Shown: piece after piece, positions 1 through 12,780 of the stretch
Position numbering within the stretch: position 1 is the stretch's first letter
Layout: each line of letters begins with the position of its first letter
Source: Podospora anserina
Taxonomy: Eukaryota
Direction: 5' to 3'
Assembly: GCA_017654855.1 (NCBI GenBank)
Contig: CM030332.1
Coordinates: 2,666,001-2,730,000 of the forward strand
DNA: 64,000 nt
Program-made: the position numbers and the translations under genes
The notes under the pieces: model-generated
What the model was told of the DNA's origin: nothing
What the model saw: only the letters and a program-made list of their open reading frames with translations
The model's database searches: none

Positions 1-1552
1 GTCCATGAGGTCGACCGCGTCGCCTTCACCTTCTGCTTCCCCGCCGTCGTTGCCCAAACCGAGGCCGGCGTCAAAGACACGCATCATTTGGGGTTCGAGA
101 GCAGCTTCACGAGCCCAGGCTTCACCGCCCTCGCCGAAGGCTACATCGCCGCCGAGATCGAAGGTGCCGAGGCCGTCAAAGTCGTCAAAGCCGAGGGGGT
201 TCTCGTCGTCGATGTACATCTCAGACTTGTTGCCAGCCCCGGGGGTCTTCTCCTTCTCCTGGTCTCGCCAATCCTCCGGCGCTCTAAGGAAGGGAATGTC
301 AAGCGAACCAGAAGGATCGCCAAGATCAAACTCCTTGAGCGAAGGACACACATCCATCTCATCCAACCGGCTCAGGTCCGGGAAGAACCTCTGCCCAAGC
401 CCGACAACATCAATCTCAATATCCCCCTCGTCCTCCTCCTCCTCGGGCATTTCCGTGTCTTCCTGATCCTGCATCGACCCATCCATACCCTCGTCATCTT
501 CCCCTTCCACCCCTCCCTCCTCCGCCTTCTTCCTCGTCCTCGAAGTCGACGCATCATTCGCATCGTCACTACTATCAAACACAATCCTCCCCTGCGAATC
601 AATCATCAAATGATTCAACAACAACCCCTTCGCACCCCCCTCATCAAAATCCGCCGACGCCTTCTTGAAAAGCGGATCCACCGCAAACTCCAGCTCAAAC
701 TTCTTCAACTGCAACGAAGCAAACGACGGCGCCAGCGTCGCCTCAGACGACCGCTGCGTCTTCTTCTTGGCCTTCTTCCTCACATTCCCATCCTCATCCA
801 CCTCATCCTCCTCCTCATCCTCCTCCTCCTCCCCCTTCTTCCTCTTGCTATCCCTACTATCCGCCAACCCGCTCAGCAACTTGCCCGTCTCGGTCGCCAC
901 ACTGTCCACCCTGCTGGTGTAAATCTTGACACACCCGTCCAGCGTGCAGCTCGCCTTTTGGAAATTGACCCCATCCCCCTCCTTCAGCAAGCTCATGTCG
1001 TGAAAGTAGTCGATCAAAGCAAAGTTCCACGAGTTGGCCGCGTTGATCTTGTTGTCGGTCGCCATCTTCATCCACTCCTCAAAGTTGGCCAGGATGGGCA
1101 CCCGCTTCATGGGCGTGACGGCCTTGCCGCCGATCACGACGTCGTTTTCGTCGTCGAGGAAGTTTTCCCTGCCGCTGTGCCGGCGGCGGCGGTTGTTGTT
1201 GGGAGTGCGGGGGTTGGATTGGGAGTTGTCGGGCGAGTCTACGCCGTCGAGGTCGACGAGGGCGAGGGACTGGCGGCGGGGGGTGGTTGCGCGGGCGGCG
1301 CCTTCGGTGGCGGCTTGACGGAGCTGGTTGACGTGGGCTTCGTGGAGGGCTTTGCGGCCGTGGGAGCGCTGGGCTTTTTCTTGGGCGTCGTCGTTGAGGG
1401 GCATTCTGGTGTGGCATTGTTAGGGGACTGTTGAGAGGTGGGCATGAAGGAGGTGAAACGCACTTTACTGGCGACTTGAAGGGTGAGGCGGCCATGTTCC
1501 CCGAGGGGACCCGGCTCACGCTTCTGCGGTGCGCCGCTGATACACGAGGCAT
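1..1552 (-). CDS. BRN1: Condensin complex subunit 2 (barren/Brn1/Cnd2 kleisin); 3' part runs off the window start. Exon 1 1552-1464, intron 1463-1406, exon 2 1405-<1
   Basis: Manual minus-strand translation gives VTPMKRVPILANFEEWMKMATDNKINAANSWNFALIDYFHDM..NFQKASCTLDGCVKIYTSRVDSVATETGKLL..VDPLFKKASADFDEGGAKGLLLNHL, hallmark Cnd2 motifs. The intron GTGCGT...CTAAC...CAG restores the frame. Exon 2 is absent from the ORF track because it has no stop in the window. Confidence 0.93.
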
Positions 1553-2716
1553 CTTGGACTGATTTTTGAACTCTGAGTGCGCTGTTATTGTCGTCGAATC
1601 ATCTGTTCCAAAAAGGCGATCAGAAAAACAGGTTGTCGCGCTCCTGGCGTCGGTTCGTGGTGGTGGTGGTGGTGGTTGTCGTTGATGGTTTCGGCGTCTT
1701 CAAATTTGGCGATTGATTGATTTGTTGGCGGCGACAAACCCCCCTCCCTTCTCGGTGCTGTTTGTTTACTTTGGGCCTCGAACTGCAAAACCGATTGCGA
1801 CGGCGCGATTGGCTGGCAACGGGTCTGATGTGGCTCGTGCGTATTGAGGAACACGTGCTGATAAGGAATGGGAGTGTGGGGTATATCGCTGGGCGGAATC
1901 CGGGGGTTTGGGTTTTGAGAGGGAAGATTTCAACGTGCAAAAGCAAAGCGGTCAGACGGCTCCTTGATGGGCGGGCGGATGGCTGCAACTGAAAGGTAAC
2001 GACATGTTGCATTAGGGCTGTTGGATTTGTTTTGAAGGAATGACGGTTGTGACTGTCTGTGCTCTGTTGATTTTATGCCAACGTCCCCCCGCTTGATATT
2101 CATCATGATGCTTCCATCGTACTTCGAAGAGACAAAGCTCTTGCGCCTTTTGGTCCACGACCTTTGACCTGAACTCAATCCTTCTGTCAGTGCACTCATC
2201 TTTTCTGTCAACAACCGAGTTAGTTGCGCCTCTAGGTAGTGTTTATCCCAGTTGGCCTATCATCAGGACTCTTTTCCGCATGATGTTGCCCATCTTCAGT
2301 CTCCTCACGATGCACCCATATCACACGTCGACGCATGCCGTTTCAAACTGCCAAGGTCTCGACACCCGCTGATTGTTGGGACCCAATCAGCGTCCTCGCC
2401 ACCGCCGCTGTTGTAGGTGCCACCAAAGAGAGCTGAAGCCCACGCGGCCCAGACCGTTTTGTTCGCTAACTCGTCCCGGTGCCAAGCCAGCTCCTACCTG
2501 AGAGCACCGCTAGAGGGATGATCTCATACTTAACGAAACAAGCAGCTACCCAACCGTCGGCTACGACCTGCTCTTGGAAAAAGGACAAAACAATAACAAT
2601 TCGGTACGCCCGGTGAGACTTATATAGCTCCACGGCCCGCACGCCGGCTTCGCCATTACCGGCGCATCGATTTCTTTCAGTCCGCTGCCGCGCAATGCCA
2701 TGATACCACGAACAGA

Positions 2717-5700
2717 ATGCCACCTCCTCTCCGCACGCGGAGCAGATACAGCTCCCGCCCTGTTGTGACGGCCCTCTTGCTTATCATGATAATAACGACG
2801 TATTATGCGCTCTTCTCGCCAGCATCAGATATCGCCAGTCGCCAACAACTACACCGGCGCAGTTCGAAACTTGTCGCGCGACATGTCAACGACAATGTGG
2901 CGAGAGTGGAGGACGTCGACTGTCGCATGGTGCACACCGCCGAGGACCAGTGCGCCTTCATCCTCGCCAACTGCGAAGACGACGAAGCCGGGCTCGTCCA
3001 TTACTTGTCGTTTTACTACTGCACCCTCGGCGGCGCGAAACCCGTCGCCTTTGCGATTCTTGCCAGCTGGCTTGGTTTGCTATTCACGACTATCGGGATT
3101 GCCGCCAGTGACTTCTTCAGCGTGAATCTCAGCACCATCGCCAGTGTCCTGGGTCTGAGTGAGAGCTTGGCAGGGGTTACGTTTCTCGCGTTTGGAAATG
3201 GCTCTCCGGATGTGTTTAGCACCTTTGCCGCCATGGGGTCTAATAGCGGGAGTATGGCCGTTGGCGAGCTGATAGGAGCGGCTGGCTTCATTACTGCCGT
3301 TGTGGCGGGTTCCATGGCGTTGGTGCGGGAATTTAAGGTCAGCAAGCGCACCTTTGTGCGAGACATCGCCTTCTTCATCGTGGCTATTAGCTTTACGATG
3401 GTTTGTCTGGCGGATGGCGAGCTGCACTTGTGGGAGTGTTTGTGCATGATTGGGTTTTACCTATTTTATGTGGCGGTTGTTGTTGGGTGGCATTGGTTTA
3501 CGGCTAGGAGGAGACGTCAAAGATTACGAGATGTTGCGTCCCGTACGCACTATTTCGGGCCTTCGGGTAGGGGAACGGAAGAGTTCGAGCCGTATCGTGA
3601 TGAGCCGGAAGATGATTCGGCACCGGTGGGTGGCCGGTCGAGCAGTGCTCCGGAGGTTGCCGATATCAGTGTCTTGGAGCGGGCTCCACGAATCGAGGTT
3701 GATGGTGTTGAGGTCCCGGCCGCGCCGTCACCGGAAGATCAAGAAGATCGAGAATTGCACGTTGCGACGGAGATGGCCAACAGCATGCGTGCAAATCGCC
3801 CTCGATGGACTCGGAGCAACACCACCACTATTGCTCCTATTCGACCTAGCCTCGTCGGTGTGTTGGAGTTCCGATCTGTATTGTCCTCGCTACAGAAAGC
3901 GAGGAATATGCATATGGGGCCCCTTCCTACTCGAGCAAACTCTGGTCACCAACGGGCCAGCTCTACTGCCGAACTTCCTCGTGGCCGTCCCAGGAATAGT
4001 ACCCTGCCGGCTCATCTACCGACAAACTCGAGAGAAAGAGCGCTGTCACACGGCAACAACCCCCTGAATCTACCAAACGATGCTCTTCCACAGCCCGAGT
4101 TTGCCCATGGCAGACCGAGCACCCGGATGAGTTCAGCAAGCCGCACCGTTGACGGCATGCTTGCACCACCATTAGGCTCTTTGACAGCAGCCATCGACCA
4201 TGCGATGCGGGAAGAGCAATCGCCTGGGCAGTCTCCCATGCCTTCTCCACGCTTGCAGTTGCAAATACCGCCATCACACAGCAGAACTTCCAGCGGTCAC
4301 TCGTCACCATCGCTCTCACCTTTTCCCGGATTCATGGAGTCTCCAGCCCTTCTCACACCAGCCTCACCAGAACACCCACCCGCTTTCCCCTTTTCAGACT
4401 CTTTGGATATGCGCCGTCAGTCCATTTCTGGGTTTTCTGACCAAGTAGAGGAGCCCAAACCGGTCAGATGGTGGCCTTACTCGGTGCTACCACCTCCTCA
4501 TGTGCTTCTCGCAACCTTGTTTCCCACACTTCAGGGGTGGAGGGAAAAGACGTGGTGGGACAAGATACTCAGTGTGATATCGGTACCGAGTATCTTTCTG
4601 CTCGTCACAACACTGCCGGTCGTCGAAACGGATGCCGGCGACGGCGAGAGCTCGGAAGTGGATTTCTTGGACTCTCCCCCGTTCGGCCAGCCGGGGAACA
4701 CTGCGGTGCCCGTCTCGGTAATGGAAGCCAACCTCGCGGAACCCGAGACAGAATGGGAGGAATACCGACGAAGGACCAAGTCCGTGTCGTCACGGTCGAT
4801 GATAAGCCCATCGGCATCTCAGTTGTCACTACAGCAGCCACCAGACTCGAGCTCGACGCTTGTTTCTGGCTCTGACCGCCAACAACAACCGCAATTTCCC
4901 AACTCTACACCGGTCACGCCACAGGTCAATAAACCCGTCAGCCTCGAACCCGACCGAGTGACCACGGCATCGGAGCATCCAGCAGGATGGAACCGCTGGC
5001 TTGTCGCCCTCCAGCTTTTTACAGGGCCAATGTTTGTTGTCCTCATCGGGTGGGCCAACACGATGGAGGACTATGCGAACCCGACGAAGACGCTTTTGAT
5101 GCTTGTGTTGTACTCGCTGGTGGTCTCGCTGTGTCTGCTGGCGGCACTCCTTTTGACGACATCACCGGATTCGAAACCCAAATACCACTTTCTGCTCTGC
5201 TTTCTCGGGTTCGTGATTAGTGTAGCGTGGATCTCGACGATAGCAGGGGAGGTGGTGGGGGCGATGAAGGCGTTTGGGGTTATTCTGGACATTTCGGAGG
5301 CGATCTTGGGGTTGACCGTGTTTGCGGTGGGGAACTCGCTGGGGGATTTGGTGGCTGATGTGACGGTTGCTCGGTTGGGGTATCCGGTTATGGCGTTGTA
5401 AGTTTGCCGTCATTGTTATTATCACCACAAGTCAAAAAAAGCTAACAATTCGCACAAACAAACAGGGCGGCATGCTTTGGAGGTCCAATGTTGAATATTC
5501 TGCTTGGGATAGGGATCGGGGGCGCGTGGATGGGGATCACGAAGGCGAACAAGCGCCATAGGAAACACCCGGACAGACCGATTGAGTACAAGCCGTATCA
5601 CATCCAGGTTGGGGGCACGTTGATGATCTCGGCGGCGACGGTGCTGATGACGTTGATTGTGCTGCTGATTTTGGTGCCGGGGAACAACTGGATGATGACG

Positions 5701-5796
5701 AGGAGGATTGGGTGGGTGTTGATTGCCATTTGGTCGGTTAGCACGCTGGTCAATTTGGTGGTTGAGCTTACGGGAGTGTGGGCGGATGTGTCGTGA
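2717..5796 (+). CDS. Cation/Ca2+ exchanger (CaCA superfamily, CCX/YDL206W-like); intron 5398-5465
   Basis: Alpha-1 repeat AGVTFLAFGNGSPDVFSTF and alpha-2 repeat ILGLTVFAVGNSLGDLVAD. Splicing GTAAGT..GCTAAC..CAG gives MALAACFGGPMLNILLG, joining the two ORFs. Confidence 0.93.
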
Positions 5797-6577
5797 AAAA
5801 TTACTTTGGGTGTGATGAGCTATGATTACGATGGAATGAGTTCAACTGGTTTGAGATTGTGGTGGTGGTGGTGGCGGGAAGGGATAGAGACAGGTTACGT
5901 GGCAGGAGAGAGAGGTTCAAACAGCCACAGATGGTAATTTTACCTTTTTTATATTACCTTTTGTATGATGTGGTGGTTTTTTTGGGGCTTGTGAAAGCCA
6001 TGGAGCGCGAGGAATGTTTTTCGGTTGGTTGTTTTGGAAAGGTGTCAAGATGGGAAGGGGAAAGAGAATATATCTGGCTTCAGGAAAGTCTAATTTTGAT
6101 GTTCGAGACGGAACAACCAACAGGTGGTGTACGTACGTTACGTATGTCTATATGAGAATCACAAAGACGGGATGGGATGGATGAGGCTGGGTGTGTTTTG
6201 GAACAGGACAGATATATGGGTTTTGCTGATAGGTGTGTACAGGAAATGTATATGGAGTGTACTTTGTATCTTTCTGGGTTCTGTACACTGCAATATGATG
6301 TGTCGACGACAAGGTTGCTCAGGTGAGACTTACATGGTGGGGTGTGTCCATCAAGGTGTGTGCAAGGTGTGGTGTGGTGTTTGACCCCTGAAAGTCTCAA
6401 GCTCCCTTCGCTCCCGGGAACTTCCCCGCAATTGGTCCAACTGTGGGGTTTTGGTGAGAGCCAGAGCCAGGAGAGAATGAGATGAGGGGCAATCGGACCT
6501 CTCAGAGCTTCCCTGTCTGGCAACGTGGGACTTTTTGTTTTGGGCTAGACTGTTGCTGCTGCTGCTGCCGCGTTGTG

Positions 6578-6601
6578 TTGCTTGCTTGCTTGCTTGCTTG
6601 C
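6578..6601. repeat. (TTGC)6 microsatellite upstream of the phosphomannomutase gene
   Basis: Directly visible; a short (GA)n tract follows near 6626-6637. Confidence 0.9.
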
Positions 6602-6748
6602 TCACCGCGATTTTGAAGTTTAAAAAGAGAGAGAGAGCTCTCTTTCCAACCGCTGAGCCTCTTTGCCAAATATCTATACAACCCGACTCCCCTTTTCTCG
6701 AGCTCTCTCAACTACAATCTTTGACAACAAACAAATACAACCGCAACC

Positions 6749-7704
6749 ATGGCCACCAGATCCGAGATCCAAACCTACCCCCCCCTGGCCGAGCGCCCAA
6801 TCAAGAACACCATCGTCCTCTTTGACGTCGACGGGACCTTGACGCCCGCCCGTCTTGTAAGTCCCCATTCGCACAAACCCCCTTGAGTCTCTGAAGCAAG
6901 GTCAAAACTAACAGTCAAAATCTTAAAAGGACGCCTCCCCCGAAATCCTCCTCCTCCTCTCCCAACTCCGCCAAAAAGTCGCCATCGGCTTCGTCGGCGG
7001 CTCCGACCTCCCCAAGCAGCAAGAACAGCTCGGCGACCCCCTCCGCGTGCCCGTAACCTCCCTCTTCGACTTTTGCTTCTCCGAAAACGGCCTCACCGCC
7101 TTCAAGCTCGGCCAGCCCCTCCCCTCCAACTCCTTCATCAAGTACATCGGCGAAGACAACTACAAAGACCTCGTCAAGTTTGTCCTGCACTACATCGCCG
7201 ACCTCGACATCCCCATCAAGAGGGGGACGTTCGTCGAGTTCAGGAACGGGATGGTCAACATCTCCCCCATCGGGCGCAACGCGAGCAATGAGGAGAGGCA
7301 GGAGTTTGAGAGGTTCGACAAGGAGAGGGGTGTGAGGAGGGAGATGGTGGAGAGGTTGAGGGAGAGGTTTGGGCATTTGGGGTTGACGTACGTATCATTG
7401 CCTGACATGATTGGGAAATGGGTTTGCTGATTTATGACAAAAAAAAAACAGGTTCTCCATCGGCGGTCAAATCTCCTTTGACGTCTTCCCCACCGGTTGG
7501 GACAAGACCTACTGCCTCAAGCACCTCGAGGAGGACGCCAAGAAGGAGGGCGGGATCGAGTATACCACCATTCACTTCTTTGGCGACAAGACCATGGTTG
7601 GCGGGAACGATTACGAGATTTATGAGGATCCCAGGACGACTGGGCACTCGGTCAAGGGGCCCGAGGATACGATTAGGGAGTTGAAGGAGATGTTCGACCT
7701 TTGA
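6749..7704 (+). CDS. SEC53: Phosphomannomutase (HAD family). Exons 6749-6856, 6930-7387, 7452-7704
   Basis: [14 protein letters not shown] (HAD motif I), [61 protein letters not shown]; two GT-AG introns keep the frame. Confidence 0.96.
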
Positions 7705-7998
7705 AGGTTTGGGGGGGAGGGGGTCGCTTTGATGTCAAAAACAAGGTGTTTTAGCAGGCAAGGCGCTTAATGGGGGGGGTTGCGTAGCCTGGCTTGCTTG
7801 CTTTTTGATGCAAAATAAAACAATAAGATCTGTCTTTCAAATTTCCATCACTATATTTCACAACGTCCCAGTACAGGATTATGCTCAAAAAGTGTATGTA
7901 AATTTCAACTATCCAAGCACACCAACTGTAGAATAGATAGCATCACGACAATAAAAAGAATGGAATAAATAATCCCAAAAAAAATCATCCCCTACAAA

Positions 7999-10900
7999 TC
8001 AGTGCCCAAACTCCAAATGCGGCACAATCACCGGCCCATACTTGGTCGTCGCCGTGTAAGCTCCATCCCCCTGCACCACAAAATCAACCGCCAAACTCAA
8101 CTTGCTCAACCCTCCCGAATTTCCACTGTGCACACTCCCCGCATAACCCGGCTGCCCCTGCCCCTGCTGCCCCCCATTGGCAATCACCTCCGGGTCATAC
8201 GCCACAATGGCGACATAGTTCCTCCTCGCCATCAGCTTCTTGTGCTCCCTCGCCGCGCCCGACGCATCAGTATGGAAGATCTCCATCATGTCCTCCTTTG
8301 TGTCCGACACTTCATGAGTAGACTTGTGGCCGTTCTGGGGAACGTAAAGAAGCTTGTTGTTGTGGAGCATCTTCATGAGGTAATTGCTCGAGGGCGCGGC
8401 GACGACGGGGGAGGCGATGAGTTGGTACATTGTTTTGTGGTCTTGGGGGTGGGAGGGGTCGTGGACTAGGCCTGCGCCGCAGGAGTTGACGTCTACGAGA
8501 CACAAGAATTAGTAAGGCGGTTAGGAGGGGGAGATGGAAAAGAGAAAAAGGGGGGGGGAACTAACCTCCTGACAGGAACGTCATACGGATACCCTTTTGC
8601 TGGGCGATCCCCTGGAGTGTGCGGATGAGGTAAGTACGCTCGAGGTCCTTCGACTCGTGAGTCCAAAGGTCTTTGAGCTCTTCGGCAATGTCAAACTCGC
8701 CAAACTGGTTGAGGACGTTGCCCATCAGCCCAGACTTTCCAACGGCCTTCTTCACTTCCTTGAAGCCGTGCTGGACCATCTCCTTGCCGCCTACCACGCC
8801 GGCGACGGAGGACGTGACCTTGCCGAGGATGTTGTAGGTGGTATTGACGGCTTTTTTGCCCGTGGCAAAGGTGTTGGCGAGGGTTTCGACTGTTTCGAGA
8901 CGGGGGTAGATGACCGGTACCGAAATCATCCAGATGCAGTGCTGGACGCTGGGCGGGAGGGTGGCCACCTTGGGGAAGATGCCTTGGTATGTCGGGCCGG
9001 CCATGACTCGGGTTTGAGTACGCTCGGAGCGGCAGTCTGGGCCGATGACTACCATGGCGGGACCGAGGTACTTGAGGAAGTGCCAGCCTGAGCCGGTGAC
9101 AGTGAACAGATCCATGTCTGAGCTGACGTTGCGTAGGATTTCAACTGTAGTGTGATGCTGGAAGAGAAGATACATCTCAATAGCGATCCGGCCGATGCCC
9201 TTGAAGACAGCAGACGACTGCATGTAGTCGGGATAGGAGCCAAACCCATCAAAGCTGCAAATAATCAGTATCAAAGTAGAGCAACCAAAATGGGGTTGAC
9301 CACTCACATATCATGATCATCAATCTGCAAAACGTGCGGAATCTGCGCAAACGCCTCGCGCATAAACGGCTGGTCAAAGTGACTGGTGTAGTAGTGAAAG
9401 TACGCGTGCGACACATCCTCCTGATGCCGCGCTGTCCACGGCGCATTCTTTCTGTTTTCTCTCCCCTGCATCGCCAACCACTGCCTCAAAAGAGGCACCT
9501 CCTTCCAGAGACGATCACCGTAGATTTGAGCTCCTAGGCCGAGCTGGACATGGAACCCGCCGCAGTCGATGTTCTTTTGAAGGATATCCTTCCACATGAA
9601 GCCCACGCCACCAAGCCTCGCCCTTTCGTTTTGGTTGGTACTCGGCGCAAAGTCATTGCCAGAGTGGGCAAGCATGCGCCATCCTGTCTCATAGCGACCT
9701 GCAACGACAAATTCGTACCGTGTGCATCCCAAGTGCGAAGTCACTGCGTACGTCCACCTCTCGGTCCCATGGTCCGACATCTGGAGCGCCACATCGTACT
9801 TCCAGAAAGTCCACCTCTGGTGCGCATGTATGTTATTTGGCACAAGCTGCCGAGGATTGGGGGAAAGATCCATGCTAAGATGAATGTGAATGGTGGGAGG
9901 CTGTGGCGCATCGGTCACGATCATGATGCTGCCAAGCCAGACCCCCTTTTCCAGGTCCATGTTTACATAGCGCAGATACGGTCCAAAATAGACGCCGTTT
10001 GTTGGCATCACCTTGTACACATCGACCCCGGCACTGGGAGGAGGCCCCGTGAATCCTGCTGTCGAAGGAGCTACCGATGCTGTGACGCTCATGATGCTCT
10101 CGGCGTAGCCTGGATGGCCTTGGGAGTGGAACATGGGCGAGGCCAACGCGGACTTGCCGCCGCCCAACAATGGCGAGGCAAGCGGGTTTCCATAAGTGGA
10201 TGTGGTGGGCGAGAGGGGAGCTGCGTCGTGGTTTAGAGGAGTTGGTCCCTTGGGAAATTCCCACTGTGTGGCCTGGGTCGCCAGGTGAATGTAATAGTAC
10301 TGTCCCGAGTTTTGGTCAAGATGCGCAATCCAGCCCTCCGGCAGCGGGGGTGGAGAAGACGCTGCCGCGAGAAGAGATGGTGTATGTGCCAGCGCTGGTT
10401 GCCCATTTTGCACCGCTGCGGGCTTTGCCTCGTTGGCGAAAGCGGGGTGATCGTTCGCAAACGCGGGATGACCGGCGTTGTGTGCTGGTACGGCGGCAGC
10501 TGTATTCGCAACAGGCTTTGGCTTCTCTGGCGCTGGCGATGATGAAGCAGCCGGGGCCGGACTGGCGTTGGGTCGGGAGCTGGAGGCAACAGCGTGCTGG
10601 GATACGGCACTGGGGGCAGGGCTCGGAGCCGCGTTTTGGGCAGGGTGTTGCGCAACGCCGGGAACAGCTGGGGCCGAGTTCGAGCTGGTCGGTACCGGGC
10701 GTTGCTTCTCGTTCGGGTACTGGGAGCTGTTTGCGCTGGGATTGACAGATGTATAGGCAGGCGGAGGAGTCGAGGCTTGCATGCGCTGGAAGTCTTGCTC
10801 CAATACCGAAACCTGTAGGTTGCTGCTTGCTGGGGCCTGAGAAGCCGGGTTGGGATTCTGGGGAAGATTGTAGCCTCCTTGTTGCGGTGGTGTGGGTTTT

Positions 10901-11952
10901 GGGACTACATCGGCCCCCTGGTACACCGTAGGCGGACCGAAGGGCTGCTGGTCCGGAGCTTCAGTCGGCGTCCAAGGCCGGGTGGGCTGTGGCTGCGCCG
11001 GGGGACGTTGGCCAGCGTATTGCGCCAGTCGCGACTGTGCAGCAGCGCTTTGAGCCTGTTGCGCTTGTAGAGCATTGAGAGTCGCGGTCCCGGAGATGCC
11101 TGCAGCAGCATATCGTGCCTCGATGCCGCCCCCAGGAATCGCACCTGGCTCCACAATAGGAGTCTCAGGGGGCGGGGGTGATCCACGACTGGCGCGAGTT
11201 GTCGAGGTTGACGCCGTCGACGAAAAGCGGTTGATATTGCTTGCGCCGCCGGGAGGAGGATAATAGGGCTTTTGCTGATAGGCATTCGAAATTTTGGGCG
11301 CTGGAGAGGCAGAGCTAGTCGAAGAAGAAGTCGAGGTCGAGATGGAAACGGCTGGGTTCCTGAGAGGCTTTGCGAACAACTCATCCCTGTCATCCCCTGG
11401 GCTGTCAGGGCTCTGCAGCGGTTTGGGTGCTGTTCCACGTCGTTCAGCAAGACCAGCCTTCTTGTCTCCCGTGTTCAGGGTCGGCCGTGAAGCTGAGTCT
11501 CCGTACGGCTTGGGACTTGACGATACCGGTGGAGGACTGTAGAGCCTACCAACAGGCGCGGGTGAAGAGGTCTTGCGGCCATCATCTGGATAGGGTAGCC
11601 GACTGGGCTTTGATGGCTGGGTAGTCTTGTGGAAGTCGTCGTCAGGATACGGAAGCGGCGCCGCAGAGCTTGAGCCCCCGAAAGGAAACGAGGGGAGTGG
11701 TGGCAGGGACGCAATTGCTGGCTTGGGTGCTGGCGATGACGATGGGCCTGCCGCGGTCGAGGACGAGTAGGAAGACGACGATGAAGGCGGGGCGGGATAC
11801 TTTGGCCGGTTGGATGCCTTATCGGGGGCCGGGCTCAGTGGTTTGAATATTCTCAACGGCTCAACGGTCGGACTGTCGCAATCTTCCCCAGACGGCGCTG
11901 GGCGGCTCATAAAGAGCTCATCATCCGGGACATCGCGCGACCGGCTGGCCAT
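7999..11952 (-). CDS. WW-domain + PhoD-like phosphatase-fold protein with a long Pro/Ser/Ala-rich N-terminus. Introns 9307-9255 and 8565-8493
   Basis: WW: PPLPEGWIAHLDQNSGQYYYIHLATQATQWEFP. PhoD-like blocks FGPYLRY, QIYGD, DDHDIFDGFGSY, DCRSERT, FLSGDVN. The first ATG is at 11952; the ORF track start at 12006 is a GTG. Confidence 0.85.
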
Positions 11953-12780
11953 CTTGTCAGGATGGTGTGCGGGGTGATATGCGCCGGCTTGCGCTGAAAC
12001 TGCCACTGCCGGGCACAGAAGTTGAAACTAGGTACGGGATCTAGGGACTGCTTTCCCTCTCCAGATCCTTGAGGTGCGTGTATATCTCTCACCGAGAAAG
12101 CTGCAAGTGGTGCCAGCAAAGGGTCGTGATTCTGCCTGATGGAAGGCGGGGTGGTGCAGGGTTGGGAGACGACGTCCTCTCGCCAAGGCGTCAGCTGCAA
12201 GACGAACCCCTCCTTGAACCAGAAACGAAGCACCCAGAAGACAACGAGTTAGAGGATGATGTCCGGAAGCACATGCAGTTGAGACAGGAATGCCAGAAAA
12301 AAAAGTTACAGATCAAGACGTCGACGGGAGACCGGGGACGAGGTCAATATGCGGCCAGATGCGCAGACCCTCCTGACAGGGGAGCACCGAGGAGAGACAG
12401 GGGATTGTTCCGCGGGAGGGGCACCGACATGGGAGGTGGCGGCACTTGCGCACAGCTTCACGCTCAAGGACCCGTCGGCGAGCGCAACCGTGATTGGCCT
12501 TGCACCGTGGGCGCTTAGAGGTCTGCCCGTCTCCAGCCAGTGAGCAGCCCAAGCAAAGCGCCTTCACTGCCATGGCATGTGGCATGGCGGTTGCGTACCC
12601 TCACAATTGGGCATATCGCATTGAAGTCGACCCCGCCTAGACTCCATCTGAACATGCCGAGACGATAGAGAAGAAGCAGCAGATGCGGGTTGGGGGCGGA
12701 AACTGCCCATTCATAAATTGAGTGGTACGGAGTAGCTACCTACCTATCTTCTCAGAGTCTTTCCAGCAAAGCTCGGTTCA

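Noticed and set aside
88-1434. 448-aa plus-strand ORF
   Set aside because: Antisense shadow of the condensin gene; no recognisable motifs.
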